64,000 bases of DNA from Vicinamibacteria bacterium (GTDB lineage: Bacteria; Acidobacteriota; Vicinamibacteria; Marinacidobacterales; Marinacidobacteraceae), in NCBI GenBank assembly GCA_963668695.2, contig CAXXLQ010000004.1:2592001-2656000 (forward strand), in the 5' to 3' direction. The position numbers and the translations under genes were made by a program. Positions 8,832-18,969 of the stretch are shown in pieces (position 1 is the first letter of the stretch; each line of letters starts with the position of its first letter). The notes below the pieces were generated by a model that saw only the letters and a program-made list of their open reading frames with translations, was not told the DNA's origin and did no database searches.

Positions 8832-10181
8832 ATGGCCGTGATTGGTTGGCTGGATCGTTTCTTCGAGATCGGAGCCCGCGGCAGCACCCCGGGGCGCGAA
8901 GTGTTGGCCGGTGCGACCACCTGGCTGACCCTCGCCTACATCGTGCTGGTCAATCCCATCGTGCTCGGGGCGGCGGGGATGGATACCGGCGCGGTCATGG
9001 TGGCCACCTGCGTCGGTGCGGCGCTCGCGACGGCGTCCGCCGGAGTGTTCGCGCGCTTGCCGGTCGCCCTCGCGCCGGGAATGGGCCTCAACTTCTTCTT
9101 CGCCTTCACGCTGTGCGGAACCGCCGCCACCGGGGGATTCGGGCTGAGCTGGCAGCAGGCGCTCGCCGCCACCTTCATCGCCGGCGTCCTCTTCCTGGCG
9201 AGTTCGCTGTTCAAGCTTCGTTCGAAGCTGATGGACGCCGTCCCGGAACCCTTGCGGCACGGGATCGTGGCCGGCATCGGGTTGATGATCGCGGTGATCG
9301 GGCTTCGCTGGGCCGGTCTGCTGGTCGCCACCCCGAACATCTACATCGGGCCCGGCGACCTCGGGGCGCGCCCCGTGCAAGTTGCCCTGGCGGGGCTCAT
9401 CGTCACCGCCATCCTCGTGATCCGGCGGGTACCCGGAGCGCTGCTCATCGGCGCCGGGGTATCGGGCGTTTTGAGCCTGGGGTTCGGGCTCACCCAGTTC
9501 ACCGGGGTGGTTTCGGTGCCCCCCTCGATCCTCCCGACGTTTCTTGCGCTGGACTTCGGGGGTCTCTTCGCGGCGCCCACCTGGATCCTTGCGGTGGTCG
9601 TGCTCCTGATCGTGGACATGTTCGACACGATGGGGACCCTGCTCGGCGTTACGAGCCGTGCCGGACTGATGGAGGATGGACGCGTTCCCCGAGCCGAAGC
9701 GGCTTTCGCGTCCGATGCCGGCGGCACGATGCTGGGCGGCCTGCTCGGCACCTCCACCATCACCACCTACATCGAAAGCGCCGCCGGTATTGCCGCGGGC
9801 GGCCGGACCGGACTCACCGCGCTAACGACGGCCGGTCTGCTGCTGTGCTCGATGTTCTTCCATCCGCTGCTGTCCGTGATCGGCGGGGTGCCTATCGGGG
9901 AGGGGATCACGCTCTATCCGGTGGCGGCGCCCATCCTGATCCTGATCGGCATCTTCATGATGCCGGAGGTCGCCAAGGTGCCCTGGGACCGTCCCCTGGC
10001 GGCGATCCCGGCGTTCTTCGTGGTGGTGGGAATGCCCCTGACCACCAGCATCACGAACGGGATCGGCGCGGGCTTCATCGCCTGGTCCGCTCTCCACCTG
10101 CTCTCGGGGAAGGGCCGGGACGTCTCCTTGGTGATCCACGCCCTGGCCGGGCTCTTCGTGCTTTTCTTCCTGCTCGAATAG
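8832..10181 (+). CDS. NCS2/AzgA-family purine permease
   Basis: EVLAGATTWLTLAYIVLVNP, LAPGMGLNFFF, DMFDTMGT, TTYIESAAGIAAGGRTGLT. Confidence 0.93.
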   Translation: MAVIGWLDRFFEIGARGSTPGREVLAGATTWLTLAYIVLVNPIVLGAAGMDTGAVMVATCVGAALATASAGVFARLPVALAPGMGLNFFFAFTLCGTAATGGFGLSWQQALAATFIAGVLFLASSLFKLRSKLMDAVPEPLRHGIVAGIGLMIAVIGLRWAGLLVATPNIYIGPGDLGARPVQVALAGLIVTAILVIRRVPGALLIGAGVSGVLSLGFGLTQFTGVVSVPPSILPTFLALDFGGLFAAPTWILAVVVLLIVDMFDTMGTLLGVTSRAGLMEDGRVPRAEAAFASDAGGTMLGGLLGTSTITTYIESAAGIAAGGRTGLTALTTAGLLLCSMFFHPLLSVIGGVPIGEGITLYPVAAPILILIGIFMMPEVAKVPWDRPLAAIPAFFVVVGMPLTTSITNGIGAGFIAWSALHLLSGKGRDVSLVIHALAGLFVLFFLLE

Positions 10182-10215
10182 CGAGGAGGGTTCCCGGCGA
10201 CAATCGTCGTTCGAA

Positions 10216-11205
10216 CTAACGCTCCGCTTTCCGGATGGCGCGGGCCTCCGGAGCGAGGTGAATGGCCCCGCCGAAGGTGCTGACGCTGATCTGCGGCCCG
10301 CCGTCCCCGTACCGGCCCTCGAGCCTTCGGCTGTCGCGCTCCGTCTCGAACTCCAGGTCATTCTGGATTTCGCCCGAATAGGTGGTGACCGCGACCGTGA
10401 ATCCAGGGACGGATCCGAGTCCCAGCAGGACCGCCCCCGAGTGGGTCTGGAACTCGTACCAGCCGTTGAGCTGAAGGACGCCGCTCACTCGGATGGGCGC
10501 CGTCAGGGTCATGAAGCTGGCACGGTGGGCCCGGACATCCGCAAGATTCAGACTCCCGCTTACGGTTTCCGCCCGCAGGTTGTGGGCTTCCAGATCCGTG
10601 ATCTCGATGGGCCCACTGACGCTGCGCAGGAGGAAGTCTCCGTCCGGAGTGGCGATCCCGGCAATCGTGATGGGCGCCGTGAAAGTGCGCACCTCCAAAG
10701 AGGCCCCATCCGGGAGCCAGACCTCCAGATCTACCGACACCGGGGGGATCCGCCTGGGTGGCCGGACCTCGGCGATGGGTGTGTCCTGTCTCCGCTCTTC
10801 CGAAGACCGGTCCGACCCGGACGAACCTCCCTGCTCTCCGCGCGGGCGGTTGGGTCCGATGTGAATCCGCCGTCCGCGGCGCCTCAAGTCCAGATTCACC
10901 TGGCGGAAGATGCGCGCTGCCTCCTCTGCCGGGAGTTCGGTTTCGAGTCGCTTTATCCCGATCACGCGGAGCATGCGGTCCTCACCTGGATCGGTTCCGT
11001 GCACCTCCACATGTCCGGCGAAGTTCATGATCGAAATCCGGGCGTCGCGCGGAATCTCCACCGCGTGTTCCACCCTTTCCGTCAGGGGCTGGGCCACCAC
11101 CAACTGGGAGCCGGCAAGAAAAACCACCGCCGCCGGTGCGGCGCGCCGGGAAAATCCTTGCCCGACCGGACGCCGCGGCGTCGGATTCGGGGAATGCATC
11201 ATCAC
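10216..11205 (-). CDS. DUF4097 beta-strand repeat (adhesin-like) exported protein
   Basis: Signal-like N-terminus; repeated SVSG/TVSG/THSG/TYSG motifs; GRYGDGGPQISVSTFGGAI C-terminus. Confidence 0.8.
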   Translation of the reverse strand: MMMHSPNPTPRRPVGQGFSRRAAPAAVVFLAGSQLVVAQPLTERVEHAVEIPRDARISIMNFAGHVEVHGTDPGEDRMLRVIGIKRLETELPAEEAARIFRQVNLDLRRRGRRIHIGPNRPRGEQGGSSGSDRSSEERRQDTPIAEVRPPRRIPPVSVDLEVWLPDGASLEVRTFTAPITIAGIATPDGDFLLRSVSGPIEITDLEAHNLRAETVSGSLNLADVRAHRASFMTLTAPIRVSGVLQLNGWYEFQTHSGAVLLGLGSVPGFTVAVTTYSGEIQNDLEFETERDSRRLEGRYGDGGPQISVSTFGGAIHLAPEARAIRKAER

Positions 11206-11390
11206 AAGTTGCTCCTTGGCTGGTTCTCTAGCTTGCTGCGCGGCACCTTTGCCGGATCAGGCGGTCCACTCTCCGCACTCTTGGCAGGCGGTGGAGAAAA
11301 GTCAGTCGGCGTCGGTCCGCGGCGCGGAGCGCCGCGGGGGAGGGGGGTGGGGAGGAGTATCCCTGACCCACGAAAAACAATGGCGCGGGC

Positions 11391-11408
11391 CCCCACCGGG
11401 AGAACTGG
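11391..11408 (+). repeat. 18-bp dispersed repeat copy (exact)
   Basis: CCCCACCGGGAGAACTGG. Confidence 0.9.
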
Positions 11409-11428
11409 CGCGCAGCGATGCGCGACAT

Positions 11429-11516
11429 CACCCCGTGGGGAAAGTGGAAAGACCGGCACATACGGCGCGTCTCTCGTCCCGGGGGCGGTGTGGGGTGCTT
11501 TTTCCACGGGGTGTTA
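11429..11516. mobile_element. Short MITE-like element, family 2
   Basis: Terminal inverted repeats CACCCCGTGG / CCACGGGGTG; 19-bp end shared with 30194..30212; abuts a TAA stop. Confidence 0.55.
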
Positions 11517-11957
11517 GTCGGTGTCGGGGCGTCCTCGTCCCGAAATGGCGTCAATCCGATCCTGGGCCGTTGCGCTGTCACCTCGTTCCATGTCCCGCAT
11601 GAGCATCAGGGTGTTGTGGAACAGATCCAGCTTCCGGCGCAGACTTTCAAACAGGGTCTCCTGGGCTTCTTCATCGTCGGGTGCGGCGGCCGCGCGCCGG
11701 CGACTGTCGGCGATGGCGGCGTCCAGCGCCTGCCGCTCCTGCTCCATGGCCGCGTGCAGGTCTCCGAATCCCTCGGAGTCCGTGGAGCGGAGCGCCGATT
11801 CCAGATCGCCGATCGCCTCTTCGTAGAGCGCTTCGGCTTCGGTGAGCGGATCGGCCACCTCGGCTGGAGCCGGTGTTTCCTCGGCCCACGGCCGCAGGAT
11901 CAGCAGGACTGCCGCGATCCCCAGAAGGGCTGGCCAGAGCCACCGTGCCGGCCGCAT
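11514..11957 (-). CDS. Membrane-anchored helical protein resembling the C-terminal part of putative anti-sigma factors found with DUF4097 genes
   Basis: N-terminal TM segment, then AEALYEEAI...LDAAIADSR...LFESLRRKLDL; family assignment from memory. Confidence 0.55.
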   Translation of the reverse strand: MRPARWLWPALLGIAAVLLILRPWAEETPAPAEVADPLTEAEALYEEAIGDLESALRSTDSEGFGDLHAAMEQERQALDAAIADSRRRAAAAPDDEEAQETLFESLRRKLDLFHNTLMLMRDMERGDSATAQDRIDAISGRGRPDTD

Positions 11958-12052
11958 GAGGAAACCTTAGCGCCGCAGGGATGCCGGCCGGCGGGCCGTC
12001 GACCCTCGGCCCGAGGGTTTGGGAAACACTCCCTTCTGATTACGCTCGACCC

Positions 12053-13768
12053 TTACCGGAGGTTCCGCAGCCACACCAGAATCCAGATGGCCACGGCGCC
12101 GGCAGCGGCGAACAGCACGGTCCAGCTTATGGAAGCCCGGAAGCTGAATCCGTCCGCCCGCCGGGTCGTGGCCCCCTGGGCCGCCAGAGCGCGAACGGCC
12201 CCGTCGAGCCGCGCCACCGCGCCGCCTCTGAGCGTGCGGGCGACGGGTCCGAAGCTCCCGAGAATCCGGGTAGTGGCCATGACCCCCGGGCCGAGGAGTT
12301 TCCGGTAGAACCAATCGGTATCGAGAGCGATGGTGGGAGACGGGGCGAGGTGGCGCCGGGCCAGAAAGAAGACGAAGCCGGTGGCCGCGAGCAGTTGTCC
12401 TGTCGAAACGACGTGGTCGAGCGTGTAGGGAACGTAGGAAGCGGCGAACGGGAGGCGGCTGTACAGGAGATCCGGGAACACCCCGTAGAGCACGCAGAGG
12501 CCGCCGGCGATTCCCATGGCCGCCAGCAGATTCGTCGGCAGGGGCCGGACGGCGACTCCGCGCCGCTCCCCGAAGAACGCGAACCACGGGAGTTTCAACC
12601 CGACGGAAAGGAATGTCCCGACGGCGGCGACCGTGAGCAGGAGTTCGGTCCACAGCAGGTGTTCTTCGCCGGCCGCGCTGACGATCATGGATTTGCTGAT
12701 GAAGCCGTTGAAGAGGGGGGCTCCCGAGATGGAAAGCGCGCCGACGGCGTACATGACCACAGCGAACCGCATCCCGCGAGCGATCCCTCCGAGATCGGAA
12801 AGGCGGCGCAATCCGGTGGCCTCGATGGCCGCTCCCGCCCCCATGAACAGCAGCGCCTTGTAGAGGATGTGAGAAAAGGCGTGCGATGCCGCGCCATTGA
12901 GCGCGAGTTGGGTGCCGATTCCCACCGCCGCCACCATGTAACCGACCTGACTCACGATGTGGTAGCCGAGCAGCCGGCGGATGTCGTTCTCGATGATCGC
13001 GAAGACGACGCCGTAGAGCGTCATCGCGACACCCAGTGGCACCAGGATCTCGGTTCCCGGGAAAAGGCGCAGCAGCGCGTAGACCGCGGTCTTGGTGGTG
13101 AAGGCCGAAAGGAATACGGAGGCCGAAGTAGAGGCCTCAGGGTAGGCGTCGGTCAGCCAGGCGTGGAGGGGCGGGATCGCGGCGTTGATCGCGACCGCGC
13201 CCAGGATCAGCCAGAACGGAGGCGAGCCGGAAACCAGCGCACCAAGCGAGGCGTCCCCTCCGCCGCCCAGATGGAGGGCGATCCCGACAAACATCAAGGC
13301 TCCGCCGGTGGCGTGGACCAGCAGGTACCGCAACCCCGCGCGCCGGGCGCGGGCCGTCCCTGCCTGCCAGATCAGCGCGAGGGACGCGAAGGCCATCGCC
13401 TCCCAGAAGATGAAGAAGGTGATCCAGTCCCCCGCCAGCACGGTGGCGATCGCGGAACCGGCGTAGAGCAGCGCCGCCGCCGTTTCGCCGGCGCCCATCC
13501 GGTGCGATCCGTAGAGAAACCCCAGCAGGGCCACGATCGCGAAGACCAGCGAGAAGAGGAGGCTCAGCTTGTCCGCGTGGAACCAGATGAGCCGGAATCC
13601 CGCAACGTTCGTCTCCAGAGTGCCTTCCACCCCGCGAAGGAGGGCCAGCAGCGCCCCGATCGCGACGATGATCCCCACCGGTAGTCCGGGGATGCGCCGC
13701 CGGTTGACGAATACGAAAAGGACCCCCAGGAAGAGCCAGAAAGCGGGATGCAGCAGCACCGCGCTCAC
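12053..13768 (-). CDS. mrpD: Mrp antiporter subunit D-like (NuoL/M/N family), third copy
   Basis: FFIFWEAM, PPLHAWLTDAYPEA, AFTTKTAVY, IVSQVGYM, HILYKALLFM; GTG start overlaps the upstream stop. Confidence 0.88.
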   Translation of the reverse strand: MSAVLLHPAFWLFLGVLFVFVNRRRIPGLPVGIIVAIGALLALLRGVEGTLETNVAGFRLIWFHADKLSLLFSLVFAIVALLGFLYGSHRMGAGETAAALLYAGSAIATVLAGDWITFFIFWEAMAFASLALIWQAGTARARRAGLRYLLVHATGGALMFVGIALHLGGGGDASLGALVSGSPPFWLILGAVAINAAIPPLHAWLTDAYPEASTSASVFLSAFTTKTAVYALLRLFPGTEILVPLGVAMTLYGVVFAIIENDIRRLLGYHIVSQVGYMVAAVGIGTQLALNGAASHAFSHILYKALLFMGAGAAIEATGLRRLSDLGGIARGMRFAVVMYAVGALSISGAPLFNGFISKSMIVSAAGEEHLLWTELLLTVAAVGTFLSVGLKLPWFAFFGERRGVAVRPLPTNLLAAMGIAGGLCVLYGVFPDLLYSRLPFAASYVPYTLDHVVSTGQLLAATGFVFFLARRHLAPSPTIALDTDWFYRKLLGPGVMATTRILGSFGPVARTLRGGAVARLDGAVRALAAQGATTRRADGFSFRASISWTVLFAAAGAVAIWILVWLRNLR

Positions 13769-14010
13769 GACCCGCGGCCTCCGTCGTAGTAGCTCTCGGG
13801 GCGGGTGAGAAACCGCTTCAGGATTCGGCGGGAGAACCAGACGAGCATTCCGGCGGCGAGCGTTCCCAGGACCAGATCGCCGAGCGGCAGACTGTTCCAC
13901 AAGCCCCCGTGATGTTCCGACCCGGCCCGGAACAGGAGCACATCGAGCCCCACGAGAGCAGCCGCGCCGACACCTACCGTCACCACCGCGATCGGTTGCC
14001 ACCTCCTCAT
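13765..14010 (-). CDS. Small two-TM membrane protein in the Mrp operon
   Basis: 81 aa, translationally coupled on both sides, ends with LTRPESYYD. Confidence 0.75.
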   Translation of the reverse strand: MRRWQPIAVVTVGVGAAALVGLDVLLFRAGSEHHGGLWNSLPLGDLVLGTLAAGMLVWFSRRILKRFLTRPESYYDGGRGS

Positions 14011-15524
14011 GGCGCAACTCCGCCGAGCCCCGTGAAGAACTCGGGAGCGCCGGCGGCGACACTCTGTGCGGCGGAGGTGGCGAGGAACCAGAAGCGGGCG
14101 CCGGCGTCGGGAGCCACCCCGAGCACGATGGCCGCCAGCGCAGCGAAGACCGGCGGCGCCACCAGCCATGCCGACGGTTCCCGGACGGGTCGGTCATCGC
14201 CGGTTTCGAAGACAGCGATCCGGAGGATGGGCAGGTAGTAGGAGAGGTTCAGCAGGCCGCTGACGACGAGTAGCACCACCACCCAGACCTGGTCGTCCGA
14301 AAGGGCGCCCAGGGCCAGGTTCCACTTGCTGATGAACCCCGGGAGCAGGGGGACTCCCGCCATGCCGAGCGCGCCGATCCCGAACGCGGCGAACGTCAGC
14401 GGCATCTTGCGGCCCAGCCCGGACAACTGGGAGATGTGTTCTCTGCCGGTGGCGGCATAGATCGAACCCGCACAGAAGAAGAGGGTGATCTTCAAGAACC
14501 CGTGGGCGACGATGTGGAACGCAGCTCCCGCGAGCGCGAGCGGCGTTCCGATCGCGCCCCCGAGAACGATGTAGCTGAGCTGGCCGATGGTCGAGTACGC
14601 GAGTCGACGCTTGAGATGGTCCTCGCCGAGGGCGCGTAGCGAGGCGAAGAGGATGGTGCCCGCGGCGAGCAGGGCGAGCGGCAGGCTGAGCCCCAGATCG
14701 TGCATCAGCTCGGGGCCGAAAACCCATCCCGTCAGCCGAAGCATTCCGAAAGCCCCGGCCTTCACGACCGCGACCGCGTGGAGCAGGGCGCTCACGGGAG
14801 TGGGCGCCACCATCGCGGCCGGCAGCCAGCCATGGAGCGGAAACACCGCAGCCTTCGCGCCGACGCCCACCAGGAGGAGCACGAACAGGAGGCGCAGGGC
14901 GCCGTCGGTGGCGGTTCCCGCGAGGAAGCCGCCCGGGGTGAACTGGGCGCCGGGGGCCAGCGTCCCCGCCCAGACGACGGCGCCCAGCAGCAGTTGACCC
15001 GCGATCAGCGTGTAGGCGAGGTAGGACCGGCCCGAACCGAGCACTCCGGAGGTTCGCTTGTGAATCACGAGGGGCCAGGTCGCGAGGGTGAGCACCTCGT
15101 AGCAGATCAGGAAGGTCACGAGGTTGGCGGCGAGCGCGACGCCCGCGGCCGCCGCCACGGCGGCTGCGAAGGCAGCGAAGTACCCCGTCTGGTGTTTGAG
15201 GCCGAGCGTTCGGAGATATCCCACCGAATAGCTCGAAGTGACGAGCCAGAGGATCGACGAAAGCGTCAGGAAAATGAGGCCCAACGGGTCGGCGCGGAAC
15301 TGCAGCGGCATACCCGGCAGCAGGGGCAGGGCCGGGCTCAGGTGGGCCGCGCCTCCGAAGGCGGCGGGGAGCATGGAAAGCGCGGCGCCGAGCTGTACGG
15401 CCCCCGCCAGGAAGGTCCACGCCTCGCGGAGCGCGGGGCGCCGTCCGCTGAGGAGAATCGGCAATACGACGGCCAGTCCCGCGCCGACCGCCAGGAGCGG
15501 GCGAAGGGAGACGATCTCAGTCAC
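14007..15524 (-). CDS. mrpD: Mrp antiporter subunit D-like, second copy
   Basis: PLHGWLPAAMVAPTPVSALLHAVAVVKAG, LKRRLAYSTIGQLSY. Confidence 0.9.
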   Translation of the reverse strand: MTEIVSLRPLLAVGAGLAVVLPILLSGRRPALREAWTFLAGAVQLGAALSMLPAAFGGAAHLSPALPLLPGMPLQFRADPLGLIFLTLSSILWLVTSSYSVGYLRTLGLKHQTGYFAAFAAAVAAAAGVALAANLVTFLICYEVLTLATWPLVIHKRTSGVLGSGRSYLAYTLIAGQLLLGAVVWAGTLAPGAQFTPGGFLAGTATDGALRLLFVLLLVGVGAKAAVFPLHGWLPAAMVAPTPVSALLHAVAVVKAGAFGMLRLTGWVFGPELMHDLGLSLPLALLAAGTILFASLRALGEDHLKRRLAYSTIGQLSYIVLGGAIGTPLALAGAAFHIVAHGFLKITLFFCAGSIYAATGREHISQLSGLGRKMPLTFAAFGIGALGMAGVPLLPGFISKWNLALGALSDDQVWVVVLLVVSGLLNLSYYLPILRIAVFETGDDRPVREPSAWLVAPPVFAALAAIVLGVAPDAGARFWFLATSAAQSVAAGAPEFFTGLGGVAP

Positions 15525-17085
15525 GGTGGACGGCGGAAGCGCGCGCGATGTCGGACGGCCAGTCGGGGAGAATGTGGCGCTCGAAGGGACGCGCGAAGAC
15601 CCCGGTGAGCAGGACCAGGACGGCGAGCCCGATCACGGGTAAAGACAGCGACCGGGGGAGGAGAGCGGGGGGCTTCCGGCCAGCGGCGGGCTTCCGGCCA
15701 GCGGGGGGTTCGCCGGAGGAAACGGAGTCAGGCGCATCCGCGGGCGCCCGGAACCACGCGGCCTCCAGAATGCGCAGGAAGTAGATGGTCGCCAGCAGGC
15801 TCGAAATGATGATGGCGGTAAAGGCCGCCACTCCCGCGGGTCCTCCCTGTCCGACCGACGCCGCGAGCAGGTAGTACTTCGAGAAGAATCCGGCAGTCGG
15901 CGGAATGCCGATCATGGAAAGCGCGGCTACCGTGAGAGCCGCCACCGTCCAGGGAGCGCGGGCGCCGAGTCCCGCCCACCGGTCGACGCCGTCCCCTCCG
16001 CACCGCGTGCGGATCCCGCCGGCGCCGAAGAAGAGGCATCCCTTGGCCAGTGCATGGGCCGTTATGTGGAAGAGGGCGCCGGTGATGGCGAGGGTGGATC
16101 CCATCCCCACTCCGATCAGGATCATTCCCATCGCGGAGATGCTGGACCAGGCCAGCATGCGGGTGACGGAACGTTGGGCGACGGCGAGGATCCCGCCGGC
16201 CAGGACTCCGAGAACTCCGAGCCAGACGAGGACGTCGAGCACCACCGCCCCCGCGGCGGTTCCGGCGAGGACTTCACCGAGCAGCCGGAGGAGCGCGTAG
16301 GCGCTCACCTTGGCCATGACCGCGGCGATGAACCCCGCCGCCGGCGTCGGCGCGTAGACGTAGGCGTCGGGCAGCCAGCCGTGGAGCGGGAACACGGCGG
16401 CCTTGATGGACAGCCCGACGGCGATCAGGACCACCGCCACGGTGAGGGCGGCGTCCGCTTCCACCGAGGGCAGCCGCGCCGCGAGGTCGTCCATGTTCAG
16501 GGTTCCGGTGAGCGCATAGAGGAAGCCGACCCCGAACAGATAGAGCGAACCGGCCGCGGTGCCGGCGAGCAGGTACCGGAAGGCGGCTACCGTGGCCCGG
16601 CCTCCGCCGGAGGCGACCAGCGTGTAGGCGGCGAGTGAAGAAATCTCCAGAAAGACGAAAAGGTTGAAAACGTCCCGGGTGACGACGATGCCGAGCAGGC
16701 CCCCGAGCAGCAGCAGCAAGGCGCCGCGCAGCAGACCCTCCCGAAGTGGAGTCGCCGTGGGTGTAGTCCCCTCCTGATCGGGGCCGAAGGTCTGCGCGAC
16801 CGCGGCGCAGCAGGCCATTCCCGCAACCAGCGCCGCGATCAGCGTGCTCAGGCCGTCAAACCACAGCTCGATGCCCCAGGGGCCGGGCCAGCCTCCCACC
16901 GCGTAGCGAATCGGTCCGCCAGCGGCCACGGACCAGAAGAGCCCCAGGGCCGCCCCGAAGATTGCGGCATGCATGCCGAGAGCCAACCCCCGGGTGCCGC
17001 GCCCGAGCAGGACCGCAACCAGGGGGACGAGAGCCGCTCCGGTCAGCGGGAGCGCGACCAACAGGCCCGGAAGAATGTCTCGCAC
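15517..17085 (-). CDS. mrpD: Mrp antiporter subunit D
   Basis: GGWPGPWGIEL, DVFNLFVFLEISSL, FPLHGWLPDAY, GIPPTAGFFSK. Confidence 0.92.
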   Translation of the reverse strand: MRDILPGLLVALPLTGAALVPLVAVLLGRGTRGLALGMHAAIFGAALGLFWSVAAGGPIRYAVGGWPGPWGIELWFDGLSTLIAALVAGMACCAAVAQTFGPDQEGTTPTATPLREGLLRGALLLLLGGLLGIVVTRDVFNLFVFLEISSLAAYTLVASGGGRATVAAFRYLLAGTAAGSLYLFGVGFLYALTGTLNMDDLAARLPSVEADAALTVAVVLIAVGLSIKAAVFPLHGWLPDAYVYAPTPAAGFIAAVMAKVSAYALLRLLGEVLAGTAAGAVVLDVLVWLGVLGVLAGGILAVAQRSVTRMLAWSSISAMGMILIGVGMGSTLAITGALFHITAHALAKGCLFFGAGGIRTRCGGDGVDRWAGLGARAPWTVAALTVAALSMIGIPPTAGFFSKYYLLAASVGQGGPAGVAAFTAIIISSLLATIYFLRILEAAWFRAPADAPDSVSSGEPPAGRKPAAGRKPPALLPRSLSLPVIGLAVLVLLTGVFARPFERHILPDWPSDIARASAVHRD

Positions 17086-17099
17086 CGGTTCCAGATCCG

Positions 17100-17444
17100 T
17101 TAGCGAAGCTTCTGGAGCAGGCGATGTTCGTCGAGGGTGCGGAACCGCCGCCGAATTCGTACCAGCAGGCCGAGCGCCAGGCCGGTGGTCGAAACCGAAA
17201 CTACGATGGCGGTGAGCATCAACGTGTGGGGCAGCGGGTTCATGAAGTCGGCGGCCGCCGGACTGCCGGCGCCGTCGAAGATCGGCACCGTCGCTCCGTC
17301 CTTGTATGCGAGGGAGACGAAGAAGACGATGACGGCTAGCTGCATCACGTTCATCGCGAGCAGTTTCCGGAGCAGGTTCGGCAGCAGCGCCATGCCGCCA
17401 AGTCCGATGGTGAACAGCGCGGCCGCAAAGGCGTACGTCGTCAT
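17100..17444 (-). CDS. mrpC: Mrp antiporter subunit C
   Basis: NPLPHTLMLTAIVV motif. Confidence 0.92.
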   Translation of the reverse strand: MTTYAFAAALFTIGLGGMALLPNLLRKLLAMNVMQLAVIVFFVSLAYKDGATVPIFDGAGSPAAADFMNPLPHTLMLTAIVVSVSTTGLALGLLVRIRRRFRTLDEHRLLQKLR

Positions 17445-17522
17445 CGGGCCGTCCGCTTCAGTATTTACGGGAAGGCCGGGCCGCGAGGCGGCCCCTCGAG
17501 CGCGGTTGCGGGTTGGGCGCGG

Positions 17523-18383
17523 TCATTCCGCCGGGCTCCGGCCGGGTGGGGCCCCGATTCCATCTTCCCGCATCCCGATGCTGATCGTGTCGAACAAGAT
17601 GGCGACCGTGCCGGCGACGGTGAGGAAGACGGCGGCTTCGACCCCGAGAGTGGCGAGTTTCCGCACGTGCGCGGGGTCGCCGCCGAGGGGGAGGGTTCCG
17701 TAATCCAGGAAGGAACCCCCGAACGCCATCGCCGCGAGGCCGATCCCGACGTACCCGAGGATCCCGGCGCACGCCAGGATCAGGGCGCCTCGCAGGCCGG
17801 GACCGAAAGCGGGAACTCCCGGGGCCTCACTTCGGGAGGCGTTCGGGGGTCCCCAGACGAGCCGCATCATGACGAGTCCGGAGCCGAACAGTACGCCGCC
17901 CTGAAAGCCGCCCCCAGGGCTGATATGGCCATGAACGAGCACATAGACGGCAAATACCAGGACGGCCGGGACCAGGATTCTGGCGGCCGCGTCCAGCAGG
18001 ACGCTCCCGAACGGATGCGACATCCCGGGCCCGGGAAGATCGGCGCGGTCCCGGGCGGCCCCGGCGAGGATCACCAGGCAGCCCAGGCCGGCCGCGAAGA
18101 TCACCGCGGTCTCACCGAGGGTGTCATAGCCGCGGTAGTCCGCCAGCACCGCCGTGACCATGTTGGCGGCCCCCGTCTCCTCGGCCGCTTTCTCGATGAA
18201 ACGGGGAGAGACGTGGGTTGCGGCGGGAGAGGCGGGATCCCCGAACCGCGGGATCTCCGCCATGGCCAGGACGAGGCCGACAAAGAGAGCCGGGAACGCG
18301 ACGGCGCCGAGCAGCAGCCGGATGCGAGCCGATCCGCCCGGCCGCTTCCCGTGGGCCGCGGCGGGCGTGGACCCGTCCATCAA
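17523..18383 (-). CDS. mrpB: Mrp antiporter subunit B
   Basis: NMVTAVLADYRGYDTLGE and HGHISPGGGFQGG motifs. Confidence 0.9.
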   Translation of the reverse strand: MMDGSTPAAAHGKRPGGSARIRLLLGAVAFPALFVGLVLAMAEIPRFGDPASPAATHVSPRFIEKAAEETGAANMVTAVLADYRGYDTLGETAVIFAAGLGCLVILAGAARDRADLPGPGMSHPFGSVLLDAAARILVPAVLVFAVYVLVHGHISPGGGFQGGVLFGSGLVMMRLVWGPPNASRSEAPGVPAFGPGLRGALILACAGILGYVGIGLAAMAFGGSFLDYGTLPLGGDPAHVRKLATLGVEAAVFLTVAGTVAILFDTISIGMREDGIGAPPGRSPAE

Positions 18384-18631
18384 TCGAACCTCCGGCTCGT
18401 TCGAAACGCGGTCGAGACGAACAAGATGGTGGTCAGCGCCCCACCGACGCAGGCTTCGGTGAACGCGACGTCCACGGCGCCCATGAGCGCGAACCAGGTG
18501 GCGGCCGAAAAACTGAAGACGCCGAAGAGCGCCGCGGCCGCCAGCAGGTCTCTCACGGCCAGGGCAGTGACCCCCGCGAGCAGCATCACCGCGAGCAGTC
18601 CGACGCTGATCAGGTGTCCCTCAGCCATCAT
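18380..18631 (-). CDS. DUF4040 / MrpB-related small subunit
   Basis: RDLLAAA...AVDVAFTEACVG. Confidence 0.85.
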   Translation of the reverse strand: MMAEGHLISVGLLAVMLLAGVTALAVRDLLAAAALFGVFSFSAATWFALMGAVDVAFTEACVGGALTTILFVSTAFRTSRRFD

Positions 18632-18969
18632 CGCTCTCCGGACGGATCTTCCGCTTCATCCGCGCCCCACACGGGAACGCCGCTCTTCCTGGCCGCCCGG
18701 GCGAGGGCGTGCGTTGCCGTCGGGTTGGCCACCGCTACCAGGATCAGGACGAGCGCCAGCTTGACCGCCACCGCGGGATCCCGCGCCAGCAGGGCGAGCC
18801 CCAGGAGGCTGAGCGAGAGTCCGGCGGTGTCGCATTTCCCGATGGCGTGCAGACGAGTGAAGAAGTCGGGAAGGCGGAGGATCCCGACGACGGCGGCCAG
18901 GGTAAAGAAGAGCCCGGCCGCGAGAAGGACGACCGCGAGCGCGTCGGTAAGGTTGAGCCAGGAGATCAC
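18628..18969 (-). CDS. mrpG: Mrp antiporter subunit G
   Basis: GILRLPDFFTRLHAIGKCDT, NPTATHALARAA. Confidence 0.93.
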   Translation of the reverse strand: MISWLNLTDALAVVLLAAGLFFTLAAVVGILRLPDFFTRLHAIGKCDTAGLSLSLLGLALLARDPAVAVKLALVLILVAVANPTATHALARAARKSGVPVWGADEAEDPSGER

